Shown here piece by piece: positions 9,643 to 19,424 of a stretch of 64,000 bases of DNA. How positions within the stretch are numbered: position 1 is the stretch's first letter; every line of letters starts with the position of its first letter. The notes beneath the pieces are model-generated. The model was not told the DNA's origin. It ran no database searches and was given only the letters and a program-made list of their open reading frames with translations. The DNA is from Candidatus Woesearchaeota archaeon B3_Woes (GTDB lineage Archaea; Nanobdellota; Nanobdellia; Woesearchaeales; B3-WOES): contig NJBG01000001.1 of assembly GCA_005222965.1 (NCBI GenBank), positions 1-64,000 on the forward strand. The letters are read 5' to 3'. The translations under genes and the position numbers were made by a program.

Positions 9643-11469
9643 ATGGCAATTACACCTCAACACATAGCAATAGGAACCTTATTCCAAAATCAATTTACAT
9701 TCCAAGTTCCAAAATATCAGCGAAACTTTACATGGGATGAAAACGATTTATCAGACTTCTTCGATGATCTTGAAAAATGTTATCAAGTTAGAATAAATGA
9801 GAATACAAGACATCATTTTTTTGGTGGTGTTGTAAGTATTAAACAAGAAATTCCTGGCTCATCACGTCAGCTTTTTGATTTGGTTGATGGACAGCAACGT
9901 ATAGCCACATTTATTATTTTTATGTCTACTATAATTTCTATCACAGAAGAATTAGCTCAAGAAGCAGATGAACAAAATGATAATGAAAATAATAAGCTTG
10001 CAAAAGAACGTGTTAAAAAGTTAACAAGTTTATATATTAAATTTAAAGACGAAATTAATCGTAAAATCATTGAAATTGATCGCTTAGAATTATCTTTACC
10101 AGATGAACCATTTTTTAAAGACTTAATCAATAACAATTCCCCAACTCCAGAAAGAGATTCTCATAATAGATTAGAATACGCATATAAATTCATAAGTGAA
10201 AAATTAAAAAATATTTTAAATGAATTACAAGATATACCATCTAAATTAGATGCATTAGAAACGTTCCATCAAGTAATTTTACAAGATTGCACTATTATTC
10301 ATATTGTAACAGAATCAAAAGACGAAGCATATAGATTATTCCAAGTTCTAAATGATCGGGGAACATGTCTTACTGAAGGAGATCTTCTGAAAGCAAGAAC
10401 ATTGGAATTATTAGATCTTGAAATTCATAACGCAAAACAAGACGCAGTCTTACGTCGTTGGAATAAAATTATAGCAGACCACCCTGATCAAACAGAGAAA
10501 TTCTTAAGATGGTATTACTCTTCCGTTAAGGGAAAAAGACCTAGCAAAACAGATCTGTTTGACGATTTTTTAGATAATTTTTTCCCTCAACACAAAAAAG
10601 AAGTAGACCAAATTACTGGAGCAGACGCAACCGCAATATTGAATTCAGTTAATAACTTTGAAAAAGAAATAATAATTATGCGTAAATTAATTGAAGGAGA
10701 TTGGCCATATAGTAGCACCACTCAAACACCTTCATGGAATAAAGAAAGACTTAGACTGTTAATAGTAGATCTGAAACACACCCATTGTATCCCTTTTTTG
10801 TTAGCGGCCCGTAAATTAGATCACCATAAATTTTCAGAAATAGTTCATCTTGTAGAAAGATTCTTTTTTAGATATAAATTAATGTGTAATGCACACATCG
10901 GCCAATTAACTAAAATCTATTTTGAACAGTCACAACTTATCAGAGCAAACCCCAGCACATATGATATAAGTACACTTAGATCGGAATTAAATTCATTACA
11001 AAACTCAAAAGCACAAGATGAGTTATTTGTAACACAAATGTCCGCAGAATTAAATTACAATGTTAATAAAACCAATAAACCCCTTAAGTATTTTTTAATG
11101 ACTATTGAACATTATTTTAAATGGTATATTGAAGGATCTACAGGAGACCCTCAATGCGAAAACTTAACAAGGGTGTTTGATTTTGCTAATACAACAATTG
11201 AACATATATACCCTCAGAACGCAACAGGTAATGTAATTCAGGCACAACTAGAAGAATTAAAACATAATATAGGAAATCTATCATTTTTAGGAGAAGAGGA
11301 TAATAATACTGGCGCTAATGACACTTTTAATACAAAAAAATCAATCTTACAAACATCTTCTGTGTTAATGAACAATAAAATTGCAGAAAAGTCATCCTGG
11401 GATAAAAATGCAGTAGAGGAAAGAAGAGACTTGCTTTTAGATCTTGCTCTTAAAGTTTTTTCTGCTTAA
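9643..11469 (+). CDS. GmrSD/SspE-like protein (DUF262 plus DUF1524 HNH)
   Basis: VPKYQRNFTW, VDGQQR, FQVLNDRG, and C-terminal TIEHIYPQ...IGNL...N...N. Confidence 0.9.
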   Translation: MAITPQHIAIGTLFQNQFTFQVPKYQRNFTWDENDLSDFFDDLEKCYQVRINENTRHHFFGGVVSIKQEIPGSSRQLFDLVDGQQRIATFIIFMSTIISITEELAQEADEQNDNENNKLAKERVKKLTSLYIKFKDEINRKIIEIDRLELSLPDEPFFKDLINNNSPTPERDSHNRLEYAYKFISEKLKNILNELQDIPSKLDALETFHQVILQDCTIIHIVTESKDEAYRLFQVLNDRGTCLTEGDLLKARTLELLDLEIHNAKQDAVLRRWNKIIADHPDQTEKFLRWYYSSVKGKRPSKTDLFDDFLDNFFPQHKKEVDQITGADATAILNSVNNFEKEIIIMRKLIEGDWPYSSTTQTPSWNKERLRLLIVDLKHTHCIPFLLAARKLDHHKFSEIVHLVERFFFRYKLMCNAHIGQLTKIYFEQSQLIRANPSTYDISTLRSELNSLQNSKAQDELFVTQMSAELNYNVNKTNKPLKYFLMTIEHYFKWYIEGSTGDPQCENLTRVFDFANTTIEHIYPQNATGNVIQAQLEELKHNIGNLSFLGEEDNNTGANDTFNTKKSILQTSSVLMNNKIAEKSSWDKNAVEERRDLLLDLALKVFSA

Positions 11470-11532
11470 AATGTTCTATATACCCTTCAGTTTCATTTCT
11501 TTTCCACACAAAGAACAAAAAAATAATTATTA

Positions 11533-13116
11533 CTAGATATCAAATTTAAGTTTAAATAACCTTTCAAGAACATCTTCTACAATAGCTTCATACGCTTCTA
11601 TTTGTTCGTCCGTTATACTTACACTAGCACGCCTATGAATAAGTTCACACCTAAGTTTATAATAATACTCTATTCTATTCCACATAGTTTTTGTTACCTT
11701 TTTATACTTTTTAACTTCTTTATGTACTTCTGTTCGATTATCAAAAAGGTCATTAATACGTCTTTGACTATATACTGTACCAGATTCGTAAACTAAAAAC
11801 TCCTTAAATGCAATTTCTATAGTGCTATCTAAAATAATAAGACATATCCTATTTTTTTGCTCAAGTTTCTGTGAGTATATCAAATCAGAAGCAACTCTCC
11901 CTTCATATAATCCTTTAGTCCAAGGTTTTTTTTCTGATATTTTTTTATTAATCTGATCTATACGAAGACCATATCTGGGTTTTGAGATGGGTAAGGGAGG
12001 AAGGTATGATTTTTTTTCTGTTATAAAATCATCAATTGGAACAAACTTTATTTTACCTTTTGTGTACTTCAAAACTTTTTGAGGCCACTCACCACTTAAT
12101 CTTCGGCAAAGGGAAGCATAATCTTTAACAACCTTCACTAAAAAAGTCTGAAGAGCCGAAAATATTATATGTTTTGTGTCAATTTCAGATTTACTGCTAT
12201 TCCATGGCATTGATTGTACTTCCCCTTTAAGAGACACAATTACTTTAACAAGGGAAATAGTATCATGAGGTTTACCAGCCAACCCCTTAGCAAAACCAAC
12301 ATCATAACTTTTTAAAGCTCTAGAAATCAAACGATTATTACAATAAAAATATACTCCATATTCCCCTCCTGAGGGGTTGAATTTACTAGAAAGTTTTGAT
12401 AGTCCTGCAATAATTTCAACTTCTACAGGTTTATATTCTGGAGTTTTTATTATTCCACAATATCTATGTGGGGGATATTTTGGAGGATATACCCACTTCT
12501 CAAAAATTAATGGTGACAGTTTTTCAGAATTAAGTTTTAGGGTTAATTTTTTATCATTTAAAAATTTGGCATAAGTAGCTTGAAGATGAGTTTCAAGAAT
12601 TAATAATTTTTTTTTTGTTATTGTGATTCTAAGCGCATGTAGTTTGATTATAGTGGTCCCTTCATCTATTTGGCTTTCTTTATACAAAGGCAATTTCCAA
12701 TTATCTTCTTCCTTAAGCCAGTCTTCATCAAATTCTAAACTAAATGTATTCTCTTTTTTATATCTAGAAATAATTTTTATATCTTGAGCCAGAGCCACAA
12801 CTGCTCTTTTGGTTCCAACACCAAAAATACCTATAATTTCATCAGTTTGTAAATTACTTGTTCTCCCAGGCCCAACCAATAAGTCTAGCTCTGTTTTTTT
12901 TACACCACCCGCATTATCTTTTATACATATAGTTTGTTGATCTTTATTTATATCTATATCAATTAACAAAGATTTTTTCTTTCCCTCTTTAACCCATATA
13001 TCCAAAGAATTATCAATAAGTTCACATATAGAACTGTTTAAATCATAATCTGCTATTATTGATAAAAATAGTCTTTTGGAAGGTATTGCTTCTATTGTAT
13101 CTATTTCTTTTTTCAT
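11533..13116 (-). CDS. GHKL (MORC-like) ATPase with a C-terminal HEPN-like domain
   Basis: ELIDNSLD, DNAGG, GIFGVGTK, GTTI; C-terminal ILDSTIEIAFKEFL and RCELIH (RxxxxH). Confidence 0.75.
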   Translation of the reverse strand: MKKEIDTIEAIPSKRLFLSIIADYDLNSSICELIDNSLDIWVKEGKKKSLLIDIDINKDQQTICIKDNAGGVKKTELDLLVGPGRTSNLQTDEIIGIFGVGTKRAVVALAQDIKIISRYKKENTFSLEFDEDWLKEEDNWKLPLYKESQIDEGTTIIKLHALRITITKKKLLILETHLQATYAKFLNDKKLTLKLNSEKLSPLIFEKWVYPPKYPPHRYCGIIKTPEYKPVEVEIIAGLSKLSSKFNPSGGEYGVYFYCNNRLISRALKSYDVGFAKGLAGKPHDTISLVKVIVSLKGEVQSMPWNSSKSEIDTKHIIFSALQTFLVKVVKDYASLCRRLSGEWPQKVLKYTKGKIKFVPIDDFITEKKSYLPPLPISKPRYGLRIDQINKKISEKKPWTKGLYEGRVASDLIYSQKLEQKNRICLIILDSTIEIAFKEFLVYESGTVYSQRRINDLFDNRTEVHKEVKKYKKVTKTMWNRIEYYYKLRCELIHRRASVSITDEQIEAYEAIVEDVLERLFKLKFDI

Positions 13117-13139
13117 ACATTTAGTAACTTATATGTTGT

Positions 13140-14144
13140 TTATTCAATCTTAACATTACATCTCTTACAAATCTTACCATAACCCCAGTGATTAGTAACG
13201 TTCTTCCATAGAACAGGATTTATTTGTTTAAGTTTGATAAAATTATTCTCTTCTGCTATATGAGAACCAAACCCACAACAATAACATCCATTTCTTTTTA
13301 GATTATATGGTTCATAATAAATATCAGCAAATCTAATTTTATGTTTTTTAGCATATTTGTGAACGTCTTTATCTGTAAAAAAGATTATAGGATGAACAAC
13401 TACTTGATCTTTTGTTTCATAAATACAACCTTTTCTTACCCAAACAACTCTTCTCATTTGGCTTTCTTCTGCCCTCACACCCATTATTGCTACTTTTTTC
13501 CCACTTTCTTCTTGCCATTTTTTCATAGGTTTTTTCTTAAGAAGAAGACAACATTTAGAACTAACTTTAATACCTCTATATGTCAAAAAATTTTTTAATT
13601 TCTCTCTATCTTCCATTTCTCCTTTATATCCTATTTTTCTTACATATCTTTCTATTTTTTTTATGTGCTTTGGAGGCAATTTACCACCATGCCTTGCTCT
13701 TTCAAAAAATTCTGCAATTTCTTTTGAATACAAAGGATAACCATATTTTTGCCATATCTCTTGAGGTTTAATATCAGGATAAACCATAGTAAGTTTTACA
13801 TCGTTCTCTTTACACCATTCTTCAGAAAAAGTGATACATTCATGATACTCAAGTCTTGTATTAGAAAAGACATGTTCTAATTTATAACCCATTGATAAAA
13901 CAATATGACTCAAAATTGTACTATCTTTTCCTCCTGAAAAACTAACATAACAATTTTCTTCACCATACTTATCTATTGCTGCTTTAATACGTCTTTTTGT
14001 TAACTTTACTTTATAATCTAGAGCATAATTCATCCTCTTATTTAAAAGACTGCCACGAAAACTTAGAAGTTCTTTTTGTGCTTTAGTTTTATTTGGATTG
14101 TTCCAACCAGTTGTTTTATCCGATATACTAAATCCCAAAACCAT
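13140..14144 (-). CDS. PAPS-reductase-family (PP-loop) protein with Fe-S cysteines
   Basis: SFSGGKDS, KCC..LKKKP, MGVRAEES, RNGCYCCGFG. Confidence 0.88.
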   Translation of the reverse strand: MVLGFSISDKTTGWNNPNKTKAQKELLSFRGSLLNKRMNYALDYKVKLTKRRIKAAIDKYGEENCYVSFSGGKDSTILSHIVLSMGYKLEHVFSNTRLEYHECITFSEEWCKENDVKLTMVYPDIKPQEIWQKYGYPLYSKEIAEFFERARHGGKLPPKHIKKIERYVRKIGYKGEMEDREKLKNFLTYRGIKVSSKCCLLLKKKPMKKWQEESGKKVAIMGVRAEESQMRRVVWVRKGCIYETKDQVVVHPIIFFTDKDVHKYAKKHKIRFADIYYEPYNLKRNGCYCCGFGSHIAEENNFIKLKQINPVLWKNVTNHWGYGKICKRCNVKIE

Positions 14145-14423
14145 TTGTATTTCAATAGTCTTTAATCTTTAAAAACATTACTAAAAAATTAACTATAATA
14201 CTTCACCAAACTTATCACCGAAGCAGCAATAATCCCCAAACTAATATATTTTACATAAAAACGCCAGTCTTTTGGTGGGGATAGGTTCATTTCATCACTT
14301 TTTTTATTTTACCACACTTAAAACATTTATACTTCTGAGCAAATTTACCGTTTCCTACATTTCCAGGACCCATAAATTTCTCCCATTTATGAAGTCCAAA
14401 AAGACATTTTATGTTCATATTAT

Positions 14424-14903
14424 TCAATGTTCAGGATATACAGCATCTAATAAATTACCTGCAAAAATCATCAAAAATAAAGTTACAAAAGCCAAAGCCA
14501 ACAACCAATGAGTTGCAAAGAAAATTTTTCCTAAATAAGCACCAAGACCTATTATTACAGATAATAAAAAGGCCTTAAAAAATCTAGGAACATTAAACCT
14601 TTCTTTGAACCAATTAGAATTCTTTTTTTGTTTAACACTTAATTTTGTATTTTTTTCTCTCTTAATTTTTTTACCAGTATACATTTTTACAAGAATCCCA
14701 AAAGATATTATCATCCAAGTTTCTGTTATCAAAAAAAGAATAAAAAAAAGCAAAATTACAGGAAACAAAATTTCTTTAAATGCATCTGGGACATAAGGAT
14801 TATAAAAACCAAAAATAGAAACAAACAATAATGCTACAAGAGAGAAAGTCCAAGATTTACCAAGATCATAAGATAATTTATGAAATTTTTCTTTATTACT
14901 CAT
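14424..14903 (-). CDS. Membrane protein (about 4 TM helices)
   Basis: Four hydrophobic segments. Confidence 0.65.
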   Translation of the reverse strand: MSNKEKFHKLSYDLGKSWTFSLVALLFVSIFGFYNPYVPDAFKEILFPVILLFFILFLITETWMIISFGILVKMYTGKKIKREKNTKLSVKQKKNSNWFKERFNVPRFFKAFLLSVIIGLGAYLGKIFFATHWLLALAFVTLFLMIFAGNLLDAVYPEH

Positions 14904-14912
14904 TTTATTGCA

Positions 14913-15410
14913 TCAAACCTCATAACGATATTGCACTTGACCACTCCATCTCATGTATAATGTGGCTGTTTTAGTTACTGTCCTTTCTTTCTGAACGTCT
15001 CGATACCTTGTAACTTGTCTTTCTTTTTCTACTGTACGATATTTAACAACCTCTTTTGATTTTGTTATCGTTCTAAACTTAATAACATTTTCACAAGTTT
15101 CAAGTAAACTACTATAATCAGTTTCATCATTCAACAAGATATCAAGACCTCTGTTGATATAATCTAGGGGATTTGATGATATATCTGTTTTGCATTCTTC
15201 TTCAGTAATTGGTATCTGTTCTTGATAACTTTCTGTACCCATATATGGTTCTGTATCAGTATATTTTTCTGTTGTTATGTAAGGTTCTGTCTCAGTATAG
15301 ATTTCAACTGCAGTATATGGAATAGGAACTAAGAATATAACACCAACTATAATTAATAATATAACACTAATTGAAATTGGTATAGTCCAAGGGTTTTTTG
15401 TTTTTTTCAT
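14913..15410 (-). CDS. Membrane-anchored protein with a T/E/Y-rich beta-hairpin stalk
   Basis: N-terminal TM helix and repeated YTETEPY/YTDTEPY and V.KYR.V segments. Confidence 0.65.
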   Translation of the reverse strand: MKKTKNPWTIPISISVILLIIVGVIFLVPIPYTAVEIYTETEPYITTEKYTDTEPYMGTESYQEQIPITEEECKTDISSNPLDYINRGLDILLNDETDYSSLLETCENVIKFRTITKSKEVVKYRTVEKERQVTRYRDVQKERTVTKTATLYMRWSGQVQYRYEV

Positions 15411-15742
15411 TTTTTAAAATTCATTAATTGTTTACTTACTTCTTTATGAAAATCAAGAATATGTTTATCTTTACCATAAACTCTCATAGTTGTATGAGGT
15501 GTTCTTAGTTCAAGATGTCTTTTTTTAAAGATCAAACCCTTTTCATTCATAGTAGCACCTATTAAATCTTTTAGAAAAATATCAACCATTCTATCTTTTT
15601 TGAATATCAAACCAAGTGGTTTAAGAAAAATAAGTCTATAATCAGTTAAATAAGGGAAAAAACCCTTATCATTATCTAAATATACAGAATAATTTAATTT
15701 ATAGATTACCCTTTCCCCATCATTTAGGTATTTATCTACCAT
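15407..15742 (-). CDS. Bacterial PH-domain-like protein
   Basis: YLNDGERVI...YLTDYRLIF resembles the bPH pattern; start taken at ATG 15742. Confidence 0.6.
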   Translation of the reverse strand: MVDKYLNDGERVIYKLNYSVYLDNDKGFFPYLTDYRLIFLKPLGLIFKKDRMVDIFLKDLIGATMNEKGLIFKKRHLELRTPHTTMRVYGKDKHILDFHKEVSKQLMNFKK

Positions 15743-15746
15743 TTTA

Positions 15747-16319
15747 TTATACCACCCATTCACAAGATAAAAATTCTGCACCAACCACTTCAAATATCTC
15801 TAACATACTTTTAGTTTCGCTTGTTTTCTTTAAAACAAAGCGCACTTTAAACGAATTTTGACCTTTTGAAAAACCAATTTCATCATATCCTGCACTCTTT
15901 TTATAAGATAAATAATCTTCATATTTAGAAGCTCGTTGATAATAATAATTAGAATTTTGACCTATTCCTCCTTTATAAAATTCTAAATACCTAAATTCAT
16001 CATACTTAATAAAAGTATCATCTGCCCATCTAATATTATCAATAGTATAATAACCAGAATTACTCTTCATCATATCTATTTTTTTAGGTAATATTTTAGT
16101 AGCCATTTTTTCACAAGAGTTAAAGTTACTATCAACACCTGGAGTATATATAGGTATATTTGATCTTAGGTTGTTAAAATTTTGTTCAGAAACAAAAGAT
16201 TTTATTTTATCAAGAGGATTTGAATAATCAAATATTGAATGGTATACTGTCAAAGCTACTAGAAAAATAAAAAAATACTTTATGATGCTCTGCACGTTTT
16301 TTTTTGTTTTTTTTAACAA
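15747..16319 (-). CDS. Membrane-anchored hypothetical protein
   Basis: N-terminal TM helix; 190-aa ORF. Confidence 0.6.
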   Translation of the reverse strand: MLKKTKKNVQSIIKYFFIFLVALTVYHSIFDYSNPLDKIKSFVSEQNFNNLRSNIPIYTPGVDSNFNSCEKMATKILPKKIDMMKSNSGYYTIDNIRWADDTFIKYDEFRYLEFYKGGIGQNSNYYYQRASKYEDYLSYKKSAGYDEIGFSKGQNSFKVRFVLKKTSETKSMLEIFEVVGAEFLSCEWVV

Positions 16320-16454
16320 TGTGCCGCCCCCATTTTGTACTATATATCAAAAAGAAACTATGATTCTATATAAAGATTGCTGAAAAATTAGGATAAACTT
16401 ACATAAGATATCTAAAAAGAATAAATTTATATTAAGAACATCTTTTCCAAACAT

Positions 16455-16787
16455 ATGACCAAATTAGTATTTATAGCACACCCAATTTCAGGAAATATTA
16501 AAGATAATGTTAAAAATATATTAGAAATATGTAAAAAAGTTCATACCAAAGACATAATTCCTATAGCACCTTACTTAACAGCATTTCAATACTTAGATAA
16601 TGAAATAAAAGATGATAAAGAAAGAGGTGTCCAAGCTAACGAAGAGTTTTTTAAAAGAAAAATAATAGATGAACTCTGGCTTTGTGGTGATAAAATTTCT
16701 AAAGGAATGAGAGAAGAAATTAAATTAAGCAAAGAAAACAACATTCCAATTAAATTCTATAACAAAGAACTTGAAAAAGAATTATAA
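16455..16787 (+). CDS. DUF4406-like protein (nucleoside 2-deoxyribosyltransferase fold)
   Basis: VFIAHPISG...PIAPY...DELWLCGDKISKGMREEI. Confidence 0.7.
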   Translation: MTKLVFIAHPISGNIKDNVKNILEICKKVHTKDIIPIAPYLTAFQYLDNEIKDDKERGVQANEEFFKRKIIDELWLCGDKISKGMREEIKLSKENNIPIKFYNKELEKEL

Positions 16788-16954
16788 AACTTAAGATTTA
16801 TAAATAAAATAAGATTACTTTAGAGTAGTGAAATATAAAAAGATTTAAATATCCTGGTTAATTTCTTATTTACTTATGATTGGTCTTAATGCGCTGACAG
16901 AAAGAGACAAATTAAATAAAAAAATAGAGAAAAAAGAAGAGAAATTAAACTAAA

Positions 16955-17296
16955 ATGTTAAAACAAATACAAATAAAAGAAATGAGAAAACAAAACCAAG
17001 CAAATTTGGATTATATTAGAGAAGAATGCCCTCATTTATTTAATCAAAGAAGAATAGATAGAAACATTGAGATTATTTTAGATGCGACAACAGAAGTACT
17101 AGGTGTAAAACCAAGCGATCATGATTTTGTTGCTTCAATCTGGGAAATAACAACCAATATTTACCTTAACAATTTAGTCAATGAAATTAAACAAAAAGAA
17201 ACATGGGGACTAATAATAAAAGAAATCCAAAAGGTTGATGAAGAACAAGCTTATAAATCAGTTTTAAGCTATTATGAAGCAAGGGGTATGATATAA
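16955..17296 (+). CDS. Hypothetical protein
   Basis: 113-aa ORF. Confidence 0.5.
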   Translation: MLKQIQIKEMRKQNQANLDYIREECPHLFNQRRIDRNIEIILDATTEVLGVKPSDHDFVASIWEITTNIYLNNLVNEIKQKETWGLIIKEIQKVDEEQAYKSVLSYYEARGMI

Positions 17297-17313
17297 CAAA
17301 GTCCATAAAGTAA

Positions 17314-17494
17314 GAGTTGTTAAATATTGTAAAAGCCAAATTTGGGCTTAAAGACAAGTCTCAGGCTATAAACTTGGTGGTTAATGAATATGAGAAGACA
17401 TCTCTTGAACCCAATTTAAGACCAGAATAAGTTAGATAAAATTGTGAAAGGCAAACATCTTTCTAGAAAAGACTTTGAAAAAGAGGTTGATTAA
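17314..17494 (+). pseudogene. DUF2683-type antitoxin remnant (no start codon, frameshifted)
   Basis: LLNIVKAKFGLKDKSQAINLVVNEYEKTSLEPNLRPE*, continuing in another frame as KLDKIVKGKHLSRKDFEKEVD*. Confidence 0.65.
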
Positions 17495-17640
17495 TGTATA
17501 CAGATTTCTATAGTGAAGAAATCACTAAGAAATTATCTAAACTTAAGAAAAAAGATCCAATGCACTTTTCTAAGGTTCTTAAGAAGATGGACTCTATTTT
17601 AGAAAATCCAAAACACAGCTGTAAATTCTCCTTCTTCTAA
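17494..17640 (+). pseudogene. Truncated RelE/ParE-like toxin
   Basis: MYTDFYSEEITKKLSKLKKKDP...KKMDSILENP; start overlaps the antitoxin stop (TAATG) and the C-terminal half is missing. Confidence 0.6.
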
Positions 17641-17674
17641 AAAAGTCAAATCTTCGATCATAGTTTTCATTAAT

Positions 17675-18199
17675 TTAATTTGTTGGTAGTAATTGATACT
17701 TTAAAGAAATAAGTAAAGGATTAATTATACCTGAAAATTGTTGAGCAGATTCATCAGAGATACCTTTTAGAGATAATGCCAACAAACCACCAGCATCACA
17801 CAACTCTTTTTTAGAAAAGTCATCAATATTACCTTTTATATAAATACCAAATTCATTAAAAAAATCAACAAGCGTGTTTTTCATACCATAACTAATTAGG
17901 GCATTAGTTGATTCACGTCCTAATGTAAATGTATTATGAGCATCACCCCTATCTTTATAAAATATAATTGAACCCACATGATCATTATGACGTAAAGTCA
18001 AAGTTCTACCATAAAGTGAACTACCTTCTTTAAATTTATGTTGTAATCGAAATTCCTGACATAATTTTTCAGTATGTTCATCTATACTTTTGACTAAACC
18101 ATCAACTCTAAGATAATTTGATTCTCCTATAGATAAATCTATATCAAATCCAGGTAAAGTAACAATGCCATTTTTTAATCCATATCTTTCAAAAACCAT
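17675..18199 (-). CDS. Hypothetical protein
   Basis: 174-aa ORF. Confidence 0.55.
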   Translation of the reverse strand: MVFERYGLKNGIVTLPGFDIDLSIGESNYLRVDGLVKSIDEHTEKLCQEFRLQHKFKEGSSLYGRTLTLRHNDHVGSIIFYKDRGDAHNTFTLGRESTNALISYGMKNTLVDFFNEFGIYIKGNIDDFSKKELCDAGGLLALSLKGISDESAQQFSGIINPLLISLKYQLLPTN

Positions 18200-18413
18200 T
18201 TTTATTTAGTTACTCAGGAGCTCTTTGATTAGGAAGTTTGCCTGTAAATGAATTTCTGCATTTTGCATGATCAATAAAGATATTGTTTATTTATAAACTT
18301 TTCTATTAGTTACCACCTTTTAGTAAAAAAGTATTAATAGAAAACCTTATATTAAGAACATCTTTTCCAAACCTATCCCAAAGGCTTATAACCAGAACAA
18401 CCTTATCATAGTC

Positions 18414-18515
18414 ATGTTATCAAATAATTGTCTAAAATGTAATAGCGAAATAAATGATGATAGATTATATTGTGATGAATGTATTAATAAAAATAATTCA
18501 AAAAACAGAGAATAA
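18414..18515 (+). CDS. 33-aa zinc-ribbon microprotein (not in the ORF track)
   Basis: MLSNNCLKCNSEINDDRLYCDECINKNNSKNRE, with CxxC-x10-CxxC; TATA-like CTTATAA about 25 nt upstream. Confidence 0.5.
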   Translation: MLSNNCLKCNSEINDDRLYCDECINKNNSKNRE

Positions 18516-18642
18516 AATATTTATTTCTAACCTATCCAAAACCTTTATAAAACTTAAGATTTATAAAGAAAACAATCTTTATTACTAAAAAAGAGGTGTG
18601 AAATACATCTCAAGTTAATTCTTGAGGTTTTAAATATTTAAA

Positions 18643-19299
18643 ATGACAAAAATAAGACACGGCATAGATGTACAAATTAAGAAAGATGCTATGAAGGGTA
18701 AACAAAGATTTCAAGTTATGTCAGGTAAAAATGAGATCTTTGTCTCAGACAGCCATTTCTATAATTCTGACAACTATAGTTTTGCTACAGTGAATGGCTC
18801 TGCAGAAACTTCATGGGAAGTTGATCCTAAAAAAAACAAGAGATATTTTATTCAACAACTATCAGCATTTTATAAAAGATTAGAAGAATATGATTTTGAA
18901 AAACTCACAGACAATGAAAAAGAGTTAGGAATCACAATCATAGGTGGAAAGAAAGTATATCTTCCTCTTTATGATTCTGAAAATAAAGAATTGAATTTAG
19001 AAGCAATATTATCTTATCATAGGCCAGTCAGGATTAATACCCCTTATGCAGATATTATTTTCGGAAACAATTCTATAATGTCCCTGCCAACAGAAAATCC
19101 AAGAATAGAAGTCCTGAGTCATAATGAGATTTCAGAAGCATTGTCTTATCTGATTTCTTTAACATCAAGGCATCATGTGACTCAAAACCACATTTCTTCA
19201 AGCTTAGAATATCCTGTGACTCAAAACCAGATTGAATCGGTTCTGAGAACAATTTATAGATTTAATCGCAGCCCATTGAAAAGAACACTAACTGGTTAA
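18643..19299 (+). CDS. Hypothetical protein
   Basis: 218-aa ORF with a short VTQN repeat near the C-terminus. Confidence 0.55.
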   Translation: MTKIRHGIDVQIKKDAMKGKQRFQVMSGKNEIFVSDSHFYNSDNYSFATVNGSAETSWEVDPKKNKRYFIQQLSAFYKRLEEYDFEKLTDNEKELGITIIGGKKVYLPLYDSENKELNLEAILSYHRPVRINTPYADIIFGNNSIMSLPTENPRIEVLSHNEISEALSYLISLTSRHHVTQNHISSSLEYPVTQNQIESVLRTIYRFNRSPLKRTLTG

Positions 19300-19424
19300 T
19301 CTAATAAAAATAAAACCTTAATTACTATCTCTTACAAAAGTTGTCTGGCCATCTTTGTATATGATTCCAACCACATCATCACCATATTTTTCTCTAATGG
19401 CCTTTTTAAGTTCTTCTTTTGAGA

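Larger units (their letters stand above)
16427..18567. repeat. Two interleaved exact direct-repeat pairs: R1 26 nt (16427-16452, 18347-18372) and R2 23 nt (16782-16804, 18545-18567)
   Basis: R1 = TTATATTAAGAACATCTTTTCCAAAC; R2 = TTATAAAACTTAAGATTTATAAA. Confidence 0.9.

Noticed and set aside
9643..14144. Complete Dnd/Ssp phosphorothioation or BREX system
   Set aside because: No DndB/D/E, SspA/B/C, cysteine desulfurase or Brx/Pgl genes in the window; only domain-level resemblance.
13140..14144. CysH for sulfate assimilation
   Set aside because: No cys genes nearby, and the island context fits the mobile-element-associated PAPS-reductase-like group better.
19317..19424. Open frame SKEELKKAIREKYGDDVVGIIYKDGQTTFVRDSN* after the sigma gene
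   Set aside because: No start codon or recognisable family; probably a 3' remnant, too weak to call.
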